Shown in pieces: positions 1 to 9,719 of a DNA stretch of 64,000 nucleotides; the stretch's first letter is position 1; each line of letters begins with the position of its first letter. The DNA is from Schmidtea nova. Taxonomy: Eukaryota. The notes below the pieces were generated by a model. It worked only from the letters and a program-made list of their open reading frames with translations, had not been told where the DNA came from and searched no databases. The translations under genes were made by a program, and so were the position numbers. The stretch lies in contig CM097883.1 in assembly GCA_044892505.1 (NCBI GenBank), positions 95,542,001-95,606,000 on the forward strand. Reading direction: 5' to 3'.

Positions 1-189
1 TATTTGCTCTAGCAACTACAAAATTTGATTTATTCCTTGTTTTTCGTTTCATTATAGCTTTGAACGTTAATCATTGTCTTTCCGCTTAAATTTTCGGCGG
101 GTCCTATTCATTCTAACAAGATGAGTATTTTCCGTTTTCGGGCATTATTCATTGTTAGTCAATGCATATTTTCAATTTTGACGTTAATT

Positions 190-700
190 ACTGCAATATT
201 TCCTATATTTCCGATTTTGATTTTTTTTTCACTGTACTGCAACACATTCTTTTTATTTTGATGTTGTTCACTGAAATATTACATATCTTATCGCTTTTCA
301 CTGATATGTCACGTATCTTTTCGATTTCGATGATATTCATTGACACGCAATATACATTTTCGCCTTTGGTGTTATTTGTTGAAGCTCCTCATTAAATTTC
401 GATTTTATTGGTTGATATACAATCCTTTTCCAACTTTTGATGTTAATCACTGAAATATGTTCGTTCTCATTACTTTCGATGCAGTACAATTTTGTTTCGT
501 CAGTTTTGATGTTATTCACAGTCATATTATGCATTTTAAATATTTTAATATTATTCATTGTCATATCACAAATTTTACCTATTTTTATGTTATTCATCGT
601 CATATCAACTATTTTATCTATTTTGATGTTAATCATTGTACTACTATTTATTTTACAGAATTTGCTGTTATTCACTGCAATCTAACCATCCGTTTTTAGG
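190..700. repeat. Degenerate ~39-bp tandem repeat (core ttttgatgttattcactg)
   Basis: Motif tt(t)gatgttattca(c/t)(t/a)g recurs at roughly 39-bp spacing; the minus-strand frame 337-675 shows 13-aa repeats (MTMNNIKIGKICD / MTMNNIKIFKMHN). Confidence 0.7.
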
Positions 701-1265
701 TATAATTTAATGTCTGCTTGTTCTACCATTAATTCATTGTAACACGAATCATCCTACTAAATTCAACGACATTCATACCATACAGCTCTTAATATTTGTT
801 TTGTACTGTAATTTACTGTTAACTTATTCAACTATCAATCTGAATGCTATTCATTATCCTTACAATGTTATTACTTGCCTAGTCACTCCCCATCAACTAT
901 TGCTTCGCTTTCCTTAATATAATCACTTTCATCTCGCGGGAGAACGCACTCTTTTTCATTTTATTTTTATTTTTACCCATAAAAATCGCTATCAATTCCG
1001 GCTAATTATGCACGACAAAACTCTTTCTTTATGTTTGTTTTTCACTTTCCCCATAAAACTACTTTCATCCCGGCTGAGCCCCCAAATTTATGCTGGGTTT
1101 ATGGGTGGGTTTTAAATAATTAATAATAAATAAATAAATAATAATTAAACAAATAATCATAACTAAGTATACTAGGGATGCCTCACCCATAACCATACAT
1201 AAAAAACAAATCGTCTCACTCGCACGCCCCTAACTATTCCCTATCTAGTTAGGTTGGAACTGCGC

Positions 1266-1355
1266 GCGGTGGTTGAAAAATGATGGGCAGGTGAGCTTCA
1301 TCGCTGGAACTACTCCCCATTTATTTTCACGGGTTCCCGCTGCCGCTAGAAGGTC
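1266..1355 (+). other. Conserved structured motif, copy 1 (GTGAGC...TTCACGGGTT...TAGAAGG)
   Basis: Shares ordered blocks with 33900-34000, 54474-54570 and 55700-55795. Predicted stem tgaaaaatgatggg/ccccatttattttca; outer stem gcggtggt/gctgccgc. Confidence 0.6.
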
Positions 1356-2881
1356 TTACGCGTTATTCTCTCAATGTCTACGCTCAAATTCCTTAAAAAA
1401 ATTAACAAACGTCTTTTAAATAGAGATTTTATTTAGCTACAAACTCCTTACGCTATATAAAACCCAAAATAATGCGCTGCACCTTAAAATTATATTTATT
1501 TATAAAAACTCTCGAAAATTTCCTTTACTCAAAATCACCGCTATGTCGTTGCATTGTTATGCGTAACAAAATCTATTGATCAAGTTCGTCTTGCTAACAT
1601 TTTAATTCTGAAATTAAATCACTACATAAGATGTAAAATTCCTGTAAAGCTCCAAAATTATCGCTGAAAAATGCGCAAACCTCAAAACCTATCGTTCAAC
1701 ACTCAAAAATCCTATCATTATATGAAACCCTCAAAATCTATCGCAATTTCCAAAACTATTCTCTATGTGCAACCATTCATTATGTGCAAACTCAAAAATA
1801 TCCGAAAAAATCCCAGATACATAAATTATAAAAAGGTACAACCGCCGTGTGAAGCGACGAGGCTCCACGATGACGACTATGTCTCCCTCGCCGCGTTAGC
1901 AGCCTAGGAAGCATAACTATGTAAATATTTTATATAATAACTACAATAATACTCATCATCGAATATTTATTTTCGGAACAATTAGCCTCAAAACTTTACT
2001 AGGACCACTACTTAACAAATTACCCAACACATCTCACACAAAAATATTCAAATAACACAAAAATACCCGTTCGAAATCGATCCACACGACTGGCGAAATC
2101 AAAACCAAAATTTTGCTCTCAGTAAATTAATGCCAAGTAAGTTTAGATTGTGATTTTTCAGCGTCTATTTATACTAATTTTACTGACGCTTAGATATTTT
2201 GTTATTAACATAATTTATTAACAATTTAAACTTACTTATTAGTTTTAATAAGTGAGCATTTATTTATCTTTCATAAATTTAACTTTATAATTTGATTTAT
2301 TTATTTCGAAAATATTTGTTTTTAATTCTATTAAATTAGGTGTGTATCCATTGTTTTATTGTGCATTTATTGATTAAAACAATTTATTTTTAAATCTATT
2401 TTCATTCCTATCTCTCTTAATTTTTGCGATATTTCAATAGGGATTTATTCTATAATTTTTAATAAATTATTTTCTTTATTCTGATACTGATTTTATTCTT
2501 TGATCATGCTTTTCATAATCACTTTACAAGCACCGATCTTCCCCATTCAATTCTCATGCGGTCTTTCGTGTGTAAATCTGACCTGCACTCAAATTGTGTG
2601 CTCTCCTTTGAGATGCATCTTTTTATCGCTTTAACCCTATCTCGACAGACTTATAAGATGCAGTTCGTAAGACTACTATTGTACTTAACTGTTTTTATTT
2701 TCCCTTGCGTTATTTTACTGCTTAACGTCTTGTCGTTCGTTTCTTTTTGTTTCTCTTTGTATGTATTTATTTTTTAATAAATTTTAATAAAATTTTATTT
2801 TTGATTTCACCAGCCCAACATTAGTTAAATATTTTATGTATATACAAATTAAAATAAATATCTAAATTTTATTTATAATAT

Positions 2882-3228
2882 TGTGAGAATATTGAAATTA
2901 AACAGTATTTAATTTTCAGTTTTTAATGGATATAATAAAATTAGATAATAAAATTATAAATTAGCATAGTAAATTAAATATAAATATTGAAGTTATTAAT
3001 TGGCTTGATTGTAAATTTCATATTTAAGAATAATTGAAAATTGAAAATATAAAATGTATATTGAATGCTTGTGTATGAATATTCCCTATTCAATTATTAA
3101 TTCTGCTTGCAAAAATAATATCCTCAAAGATAAAAAAAGAAATTGTTTTAATAATTACAGAAATTTTGTGTTGTTTTTAAAATATATCTTGAGAAATAAG
3201 GGATGTTCTTAATTTTCGAAACCAAACA
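2882..3228 (+). repeat. 5' LTR
   Basis: Begins tgtgagaata and ends aaaccaaaca; roughly 90-95% identical by eye to 10975-11318. Confidence 0.85.
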
Positions 3229-3234
3229 AATAAT

Positions 3235-3700
3235 ATGGCGACCACAATGGCCAATTTTATCAAGGCACCGGAAAATTTTGAGATGGTAACCAATGTCGAA
3301 GATTTTATAAAAGAAACAGAAAGATTTTTTGAATTAATGTCGATAGCTGAAGATTTTAAAGGAAGATTTGTCAAAGCTTTCTTATCAACGGATGCAATTA
3401 AAAATATGATCTTACCCATGAGGAAAAAAATTAAATGGATAGACTGAGAGGAGCCTTCAAAAAGCCAATGAATCTGATGGAAGACTTAAGTGAAGCGCTA
3501 GAATATAGACAAGGAGATGATTCCGCGGATGAATTCTGCGAAAAAATTGAGAAATTATCAAGAATTCTGAAACATGAATTTAATGAAGAAGAGCTCCAAA
3601 GATTTCTCATATTCAATGCAGTGGAAGACCAAGATTTGAAAAAGGATTTGAGATTAAATGAATATAAATCAGTGGATGAAATGAAAAAGAATCAAAAAAC
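3235..3700 (+). pseudogene. gag: Gag fragment, frameshifted near 3430
   Basis: MATTMANFIKAPENF...EDFIKETERFFEL... continues in another frame as YRQGDDSADEFCEKIEKL, typical of a retrotransposon gag capsid domain. Confidence 0.7.
3236..3245 (+). promoter_or_regulatory. Primer-binding site TGGCGACCAC (tRNA-Arg-type)
   Basis: Lies 7 nt after the LTR end and is complementary to the 3' end of metazoan tRNA-Arg(UCG) (...GUGGUCGCCA); overlaps the gag ATG at 3235. Confidence 0.65.
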
Positions 3701-6299
3701 ACGAAAAGGTACCGTAGTACAAGAAATTAACAGCAAAGTTAACAAGATACAAAAGAAGTGGACAAAGGAGCACCAAGAAGCATTCAATAAACTAAAAGAA
3801 AGATTGATAACAGCACCAGTGTTAAGATATCCAGATTTCGAAAAACAGTTTATAGTAATGACGGATGCCAGCGGGAAAGCCGTAGGAGCAGTCTTAGGCC
3901 AAGAAGAAGAGAAAGGGAAAGATTACGTAATAGCATATGCCAGTAAAACACTAAAAGGAGCACAGCTGAGGTATTCAACAATAGAAAAAGAATGTTACGC
4001 AATAGTATTCGCCCTAAAACAATTCAAACCATACATATATGGGACTGAAGTGATAATAAGAACAGACCATAAACCATTAGAAGGCTTATGGAAACATAAA
4101 GATACATCAAGTAGATTACTTAAATGGGCAATGAAAATACAAGACATGCACCTAAAAATTATATATAAACCAGGTAGAATAAATAAAAACGCAGATGCAC
4201 TATCAAGAATACCAGAATTAGGAGCACTTGAAATATTTGCACTAGTAGCAGAAAAACCAATCGATATATATGAGGAACAGATGAAAGACCCAGAGATCAG
4301 TAAAATAAGAAATGAAATCAGAAAAGAAAACAATTCAAAGTATAAAATATCAAAGAAATTAGTAGTAATAGAAGATTTCAATGGTAAGCAACTAATAGTA
4401 GTACCTCAGAAATTAAGACAAATACTCCTACTACAATATCACGATGGAGCATTAGGAGGTCACTTATCATCTAGAAAGACAGCAAGTAGATTATTACAAA
4501 AATATTACTGGGAAGAATTAAAGAAAGATGTTAAGAGATGGTGTAACGCGTGTACAATATGTGCAACAAGAAAAAATACAGGTACAAAAACAAAAGCGCC
4601 GTTACATCCCATTCCAGCAACGACATCACCAATGGAACTATGTGCCATGGATTTTCTATGTAAATTACCTACTACAATTAATGGGAATAAACATATACTA
4701 GTATTTAGTGATTATTTTACTAGATGGGCAGAAGCATTTCCAACAAAAGACGAAACAGCAGAAACAGTTGCTAAATTGCTTATAGAAAAAATTATTTTCA
4801 AGATAGGCACACCCAAAAGATTATTAACAGATAAAGGAACAAATTTTACTAGTGAATTAATAAAACGAGTAGCTAATATTTTTAACATGCAAAAGATCAA
4901 CACAACAGCGTATCACCCTCAAACTGATGGACTAGTAGAAAGATTTAATGGGACATTACTAAGCAGACTAGCTGTTTTTGTAGGAAAAAATCAAAATGAT
5001 TGGGACGAATACATAAGTCAATGCACATACATTCATAATATCACTCCAAACGAAACAACAGGGTATTCACCGTATTATTTAATGTTTTTAAGAGAACCAG
5101 CAACACCAATAGATACAATATTTGAACCTCGAGTATCACAATATTTAGATGCACCAGATTATGTCACACTAATGCAGGAAAAACTGCAAGAAGTGTATAA
5201 AGTAGCCAATCTAAAGGTCAAATATAGACAAGAACAGTACAAAGCCGACTACGACAAAAATAGTAAACCACACAACTTTAAAGTAGGTGATAAGGTTAGA
5301 CTTATGTCACCACAAGTAGGAAAGGGAAAAACAACAAAATTAGCAAGACTATATAAAGGCCCATATGAAGTAGTAAAAGTAATAAATGAGAATTTACACT
5401 TACAAAAACATAAAAACGAGGATCCAATAGTAGTACATGTCAACAGATGCAAGTTGGCGGAAGCCGAGGTCACGATAGATAAACCTCACAAGTATAATCT
5501 AAGATCTCATAACGAACTAATAATATCGGCTATCTTCTTAACAATCATAACATTTGTTGGCTCAACCGAAACAATAGAATTTGACAAAGTATTAATAAAA
5601 ATATCAACAAACGAAGTTAGAGCATTTATCATAAATAGAGGAGTAATTGATTTATACATGCAAACAACGAACGGGAAAAACCCAAAGATGATAAAAGGAA
5701 AAGACGACAGAACAACCAACGAAATCGAAAGAGGAAACTATATTAATTTCACAAAACTAACACCTAATACAATATACAGAATCTGCATACAGAGAAACAC
5801 AGATACAACAACATGGAGATGCAAAAAAATAAAAACAGAACAATTACCCAAGAATATAACAAAAAACCATAACATAACAAAAACACTCGATAAAATAAAA
5901 AGCACAACAACGACATCAGATAATATACTAAATACCACACCACATACAAACGAAATACCAACAAGCACTGGAATAGCCAAATTCCAAAAACAACACAATG
6001 CCAAAAAACAAAAACAAGAACCTATCAAAATAAGGCAAGGAAGACCAATAGTGATACATAACTTAGAGGAACTACAAGCATTTCGTAAAGAGGATAAAAA
6101 GCCACATTGGCCTTATTATGTCATCACAACATCAATAATAGCATTAGCAGTTTTAGCTTTAATAACTAGCGTACAAATTTATAAAAAGTACAAGTGGAAA
6201 AGGCAGCGGTATCGGAGCCGACTGGTCAGAAATGTACCAGGGCATTTCCATTTGGGCAAATATATACCAGGTGAATATACAAAATCCACATTGGTATAA
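3435..6299 (+). CDS. pol: Gag remnant fused to RT-connection/RNase H/integrase, then a C-terminal FN3-like + Thr/Lys stalk + transmembrane extension
   Basis: WTKEHQEAFNKLKERLITAPVL (connection); VMTDASG, YSTIEKECYAIV, TDHKPL, NADALSR (RNase H); HDGALGGH...CNACTIC (HHCC); MDFL, LTDKGTNF, YHPQTDGLVERFN (DDE); GPY/F. After YNLRS: hydrophobic LIISAIFLTIITFVGS, FN3-like FTKLTPNTIYRICIQ, TM YYVITTSIIALAVLALITSVQIY and basic tail KKYKWKRQRYRSR. Confidence 0.85.
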   Translation: MDRLRGAFKKPMNLMEDLSEALEYRQGDDSADEFCEKIEKLSRILKHEFNEEELQRFLIFNAVEDQDLKKDLRLNEYKSVDEMKKNQKTRKGTVVQEINSKVNKIQKKWTKEHQEAFNKLKERLITAPVLRYPDFEKQFIVMTDASGKAVGAVLGQEEEKGKDYVIAYASKTLKGAQLRYSTIEKECYAIVFALKQFKPYIYGTEVIIRTDHKPLEGLWKHKDTSSRLLKWAMKIQDMHLKIIYKPGRINKNADALSRIPELGALEIFALVAEKPIDIYEEQMKDPEISKIRNEIRKENNSKYKISKKLVVIEDFNGKQLIVVPQKLRQILLLQYHDGALGGHLSSRKTASRLLQKYYWEELKKDVKRWCNACTICATRKNTGTKTKAPLHPIPATTSPMELCAMDFLCKLPTTINGNKHILVFSDYFTRWAEAFPTKDETAETVAKLLIEKIIFKIGTPKRLLTDKGTNFTSELIKRVANIFNMQKINTTAYHPQTDGLVERFNGTLLSRLAVFVGKNQNDWDEYISQCTYIHNITPNETTGYSPYYLMFLREPATPIDTIFEPRVSQYLDAPDYVTLMQEKLQEVYKVANLKVKYRQEQYKADYDKNSKPHNFKVGDKVRLMSPQVGKGKTTKLARLYKGPYEVVKVINENLHLQKHKNEDPIVVHVNRCKLAEAEVTIDKPHKYNLRSHNELIISAIFLTIITFVGSTETIEFDKVLIKISTNEVRAFIINRGVIDLYMQTTNGKNPKMIKGKDDRTTNEIERGNYINFTKLTPNTIYRICIQRNTDTTTWRCKKIKTEQLPKNITKNHNITKTLDKIKSTTTTSDNILNTTPHTNEIPTSTGIAKFQKQHNAKKQKQEPIKIRQGRPIVIHNLEELQAFRKEDKKPHWPYYVITTSIIALAVLALITSVQIYKKYKWKRQRYRSRLVRNVPGHFHLGKYIPGEYTKSTLV

Positions 6300-6459
6300 T
6301 ACGTTTTGGTCAATAATAATAATTAAAATCATATATATTCGTATTTATATAGCGTATAAGGTTAAACCGACAATACGCCTTAAACAAAAATCTTTATCCT
6401 TTATTTTTAGAAAAGAATACACGAGCAAAACAAAGCAAGTTCCAACAAACTCCGAAAAC

Positions 6460-6700
6460 CCAATCAATCTCGTGAATTCTACACACCAATCAAATCATTG
6501 CGACAACCATTCAAAAATCTCAATAAATACAATCATCTCTTTTTTAAACTGTCACAACAAACAATCAAAAAACCCTACTAATTATCTCCATACAAAATAC
6601 CCAATCAATCTCGTCAATTCTATAAACCAATCGAATCGTTACGACAATTACCCATATATCTCAATATATTCAATTATATCTCTGTTAAACTGTCAAAACC
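6460..6700 (+). repeat. Imperfect ~140-bp direct duplication between ORF1 and ORF2
   Basis: ccaatcaatctcgtgaattctacacaccaatc... (about 6461) versus ccaatcaatctcgtcaattctataaaccaatc... (about 6601). Confidence 0.7.
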
Positions 6701-6762
6701 CTATTAATCATCTCTCAAATCAATATATCAAGAAATCAATTCGATACCAATCAAAAACAAAG

Positions 6763-8862
6763 ATGAATCAAAATCAACCTCATTTCAATCAATCAAGAAC
6801 CTACCAGAAATACACTTGTTTTATAAACAAACTCAACATGAGTTTTTATAAAAATCTACAGAACAAGATATGTACTGATGGAACCCCAATTACAATTCGC
6901 AGTTTCCCAAATCAAATATGTATCCCAAACGACATGAAAGTCGAAATAGAAGAACGGGAAATGCATCTGATAAAATTCAATGAGGCCCGAAGAGTGAAAC
7001 TCAAAGAGCTTATTGAAACCTTCGACAAATACCAAAACGTCGACAAAGAAGTTGCCGAAAATAAGAGAATCCCTCACAGATTAATATTCCACATGACAAA
7101 AACAGAAGTTGCAATATGTCAAAATAAAATCCCGTTAATTGTCACAAGCAACTGTTCAGCAGTTATTAAGTTAATAAGAAAAGACAGAAGCATGTCAAAC
7201 GATTTCAATGAGCTGACAGTGCAGATGAATAACCTACCATGTGTGATAGCAATCGAAGTGCTATATATCCCGACAATCCCAAATCCGTTCATAAAATTAA
7301 ACCCAATACATTCAATCCTACAAATAAATGAAGATATGATCAACCAGAAGATATCATTCACGAATCAAGAATTAACGACAGAAGAAAGGCATTCATTAAC
7401 TGTAATTGTGGATATAAAAGCAGTTCAAGATATAAACAAAAATCTCAGACCAGTGGAAATTTGTATCAGAAGCAGAAAAGGGGCAATTCTGTATAACAAA
7501 TTCATCACCCCAAGAACGAAAGTAGAAAAATTCTACACGGAAAAAACTAAAGCTACAAAAGAAAACATAATTGGAAATGAAGACGAATATAAATCCTTAA
7601 ATGAAATTCGAAACATTCTCTATGGAAAGATCATAGTTGGATTCAACATCATAGATAAGTTAAAACTATTGACGATAGATCTGGACAACATTATGGGCAT
7701 AAGAGAAATGGCACAGGATCGATTCATGTGTTCATTTGTAAAAAACGTGGCCCCACCAAAAATAAAAATATCAAATTTGGCTTACCAGGTAATCAATTAC
7801 CATAAAAGTTGGCATAAAGATAAAAAGTTAAATGATATATTGAGACAACCAGAACCATTCTCAACAAAGATCACCACAATGCTATTAAAAGTTATCTACG
7901 ATATCACAGAAAATAAATGGGAAGAAGTTGTCAAATGGGATTCCGCAACACTTCTTAAAAGGAAACAAGCAAAAGGAGAAGAACAACTAGAAACAATATT
8001 CGAAAACGAAACAGAGAGCGAAGCAGAAGGTGAGATAGAAAGTGAATATGAAGATGGAGAAGGCATGGAGCCGTCCCATGGGGAATCAACAAAAACCAAT
8101 CATAACAAACCAAAAAAGTCATTCATGGAAGAGCTCATGGACAGTGACGACGATGAACTCATGATCATAAAAGAAGAAATACCACTTATCGCTCCAACTA
8201 GAGGAATCAAAGCAGAACCCAAAATTCAAAATATTCTATATGAAAGAATGGACGAATGTGATATAGATGATGAATATTTCTCAGCAGATGAGAACATAGA
8301 AGAACCTTCAACCAGCAGTAACGACATCAAAATGGAAGAAGATAATGAAGAACCATCAACAAGTAATAATTACAACATAATGGAAGAGGATATCGGACCA
8401 GAACCAAACGTTGAAATGTTAGCCGACTGGACAGAACCAGAAGAATCAGATTTCATAATAGACAAAGACAAAAAGTATGTCTCAGAAAAAGATCTCTGCA
8501 CTCATTTTGGAAGACAAATTGAGCACGAGGAAACGATAAACCTTGCGATAAAAAATGGATTTCGAAAAACAACAATTCAAATAAAAGAGAAAAGAATTGA
8601 TTTAATATTGTGTGACAAGGGTAATGAGGACATTACTTTGACGGCCCGGGGAGGAATGTTGGATGATGAAGGTAAGCCCATCAATACATTCCTCCTATCA
8701 GAAAATTATAGTGTGGGGGGCAACAAATACAGAGTGAATATTTATGCAGAGCCTGTCGATACAACCAATATTCAAAAAGAAACAGAACCCAATATCAATC
8801 AGTACCCAGTGCACAATCAATCCAAGCACCAACCAGGATATCAACATCCATTTGATATTTAA
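6763..8862 (+). CDS. Retroelement accessory ORF2 with a degenerate REX4-like DEDDh exonuclease domain and an acidic C-terminal region
   Basis: Uninterrupted frame (open from 6232; probable start 6763 or 6838). VIVDIKAV...GAILYNKFITPRTKV...NILYGKIIVGFNIIDKLKLL...IREMA...KISNLA...IYDITENKWEE follows the REX4/RNase T motif order. Confidence 0.7.
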   Translation: MNQNQPHFNQSRTYQKYTCFINKLNMSFYKNLQNKICTDGTPITIRSFPNQICIPNDMKVEIEEREMHLIKFNEARRVKLKELIETFDKYQNVDKEVAENKRIPHRLIFHMTKTEVAICQNKIPLIVTSNCSAVIKLIRKDRSMSNDFNELTVQMNNLPCVIAIEVLYIPTIPNPFIKLNPIHSILQINEDMINQKISFTNQELTTEERHSLTVIVDIKAVQDINKNLRPVEICIRSRKGAILYNKFITPRTKVEKFYTEKTKATKENIIGNEDEYKSLNEIRNILYGKIIVGFNIIDKLKLLTIDLDNIMGIREMAQDRFMCSFVKNVAPPKIKISNLAYQVINYHKSWHKDKKLNDILRQPEPFSTKITTMLLKVIYDITENKWEEVVKWDSATLLKRKQAKGEEQLETIFENETESEAEGEIESEYEDGEGMEPSHGESTKTNHNKPKKSFMEELMDSDDDELMIIKEEIPLIAPTRGIKAEPKIQNILYERMDECDIDDEYFSADENIEEPSTSSNDIKMEEDNEEPSTSNNYNIMEEDIGPEPNVEMLADWTEPEESDFIIDKDKKYVSEKDLCTHFGRQIEHEETINLAIKNGFRKTTIQIKEKRIDLILCDKGNEDITLTARGGMLDDEGKPINTFLLSENYSVGGNKYRVNIYAEPVDTTNIQKETEPNINQYPVHNQSKHQPGYQHPFDI

Positions 8863-9060
8863 TATTTGATTAACATTCGACATTTGATATTTAATATTTG
8901 ATCCTTAACATTCGACATTTGATATTATTATTGGGAATGTGATATATTATTTCTTGTATATATTTTATTTCTAGTGTAAATATTTGATATGAACATTCAA
9001 CATTGGATATTATTATTTTTAGTTGGGAATGCGATATATTATTTTATTTCTTTTAAATGT
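8845..9060 (+). repeat. Short tandem repeats (acattcgacatttgatatttaatatttgat) in the ORF2 3' region
   Basis: Several ~30-60 bp imperfect copies directly after the ORF2 stop. Confidence 0.65.
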
Positions 9061-9719
9061 ATATAATTTAGAAAATTATTATTAATATTTATTTTAAAAT
9101 GTACTTTTTAATGAAATATTTTATTTCAATGGATATTGGAATTATTTTATTTCAACGGATATTATAATCGGGGCAACATAATTGTAGCATGGAAAAATAG
9201 ATAAAGGAAATTATTTTAATTGTTTTGTTTGGGTAGCGAGTTGTCATGAGTGAAATAATTGTTTTGTTCCAATAACGAAATTATTTTAATTGTTTCAATA
9301 TCTAGATGAAATTATTTTAATTATTTCAATATTATTATATGAAAAATTTTAGTATATAAAGAAGTGAAAATTTTTAAAATTTGCCCACAATTTTTTGAAA
9401 TTCAATTTCAATCAAAATTTTGCGACATAAAATTTCTCAAAGGGTAATCCTGCGAGAACTCAAAATTTACGGACAGCACAAAAACGTCCAACACGAAATT
9501 GTTATAGCTAAAATAAACATAATACATTCACGTAAATAACAAGCACACAGTAGGACACGCAAAAATATCTTTTAAATAAACTTTGTAAAACAGTTATACA
9601 GATTTGAAAGTGTAATTTATAACTTTTGATTTTGATTTCGGTAAATTTTGTTATTGAATAAATTTTTCAAAAAACTTGATCTTATTTTTATATACTATAG
9701 TCTACACCAGTGCACGTTG

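Noticed and set aside
2085-2105. Possible LTR end and PBS (ccaca-cgac-tggcgaaatc)
   Set aside because: Only TGGCGA matches a tRNA end and no gag follows; too weak to call.
2876-2881. Target-site duplication for the 2882-11318 element (aatat / aatag)
   Set aside because: Imperfect, AT-only, and the same aata also follows the 5' LTR, so it may be part of the LTR.
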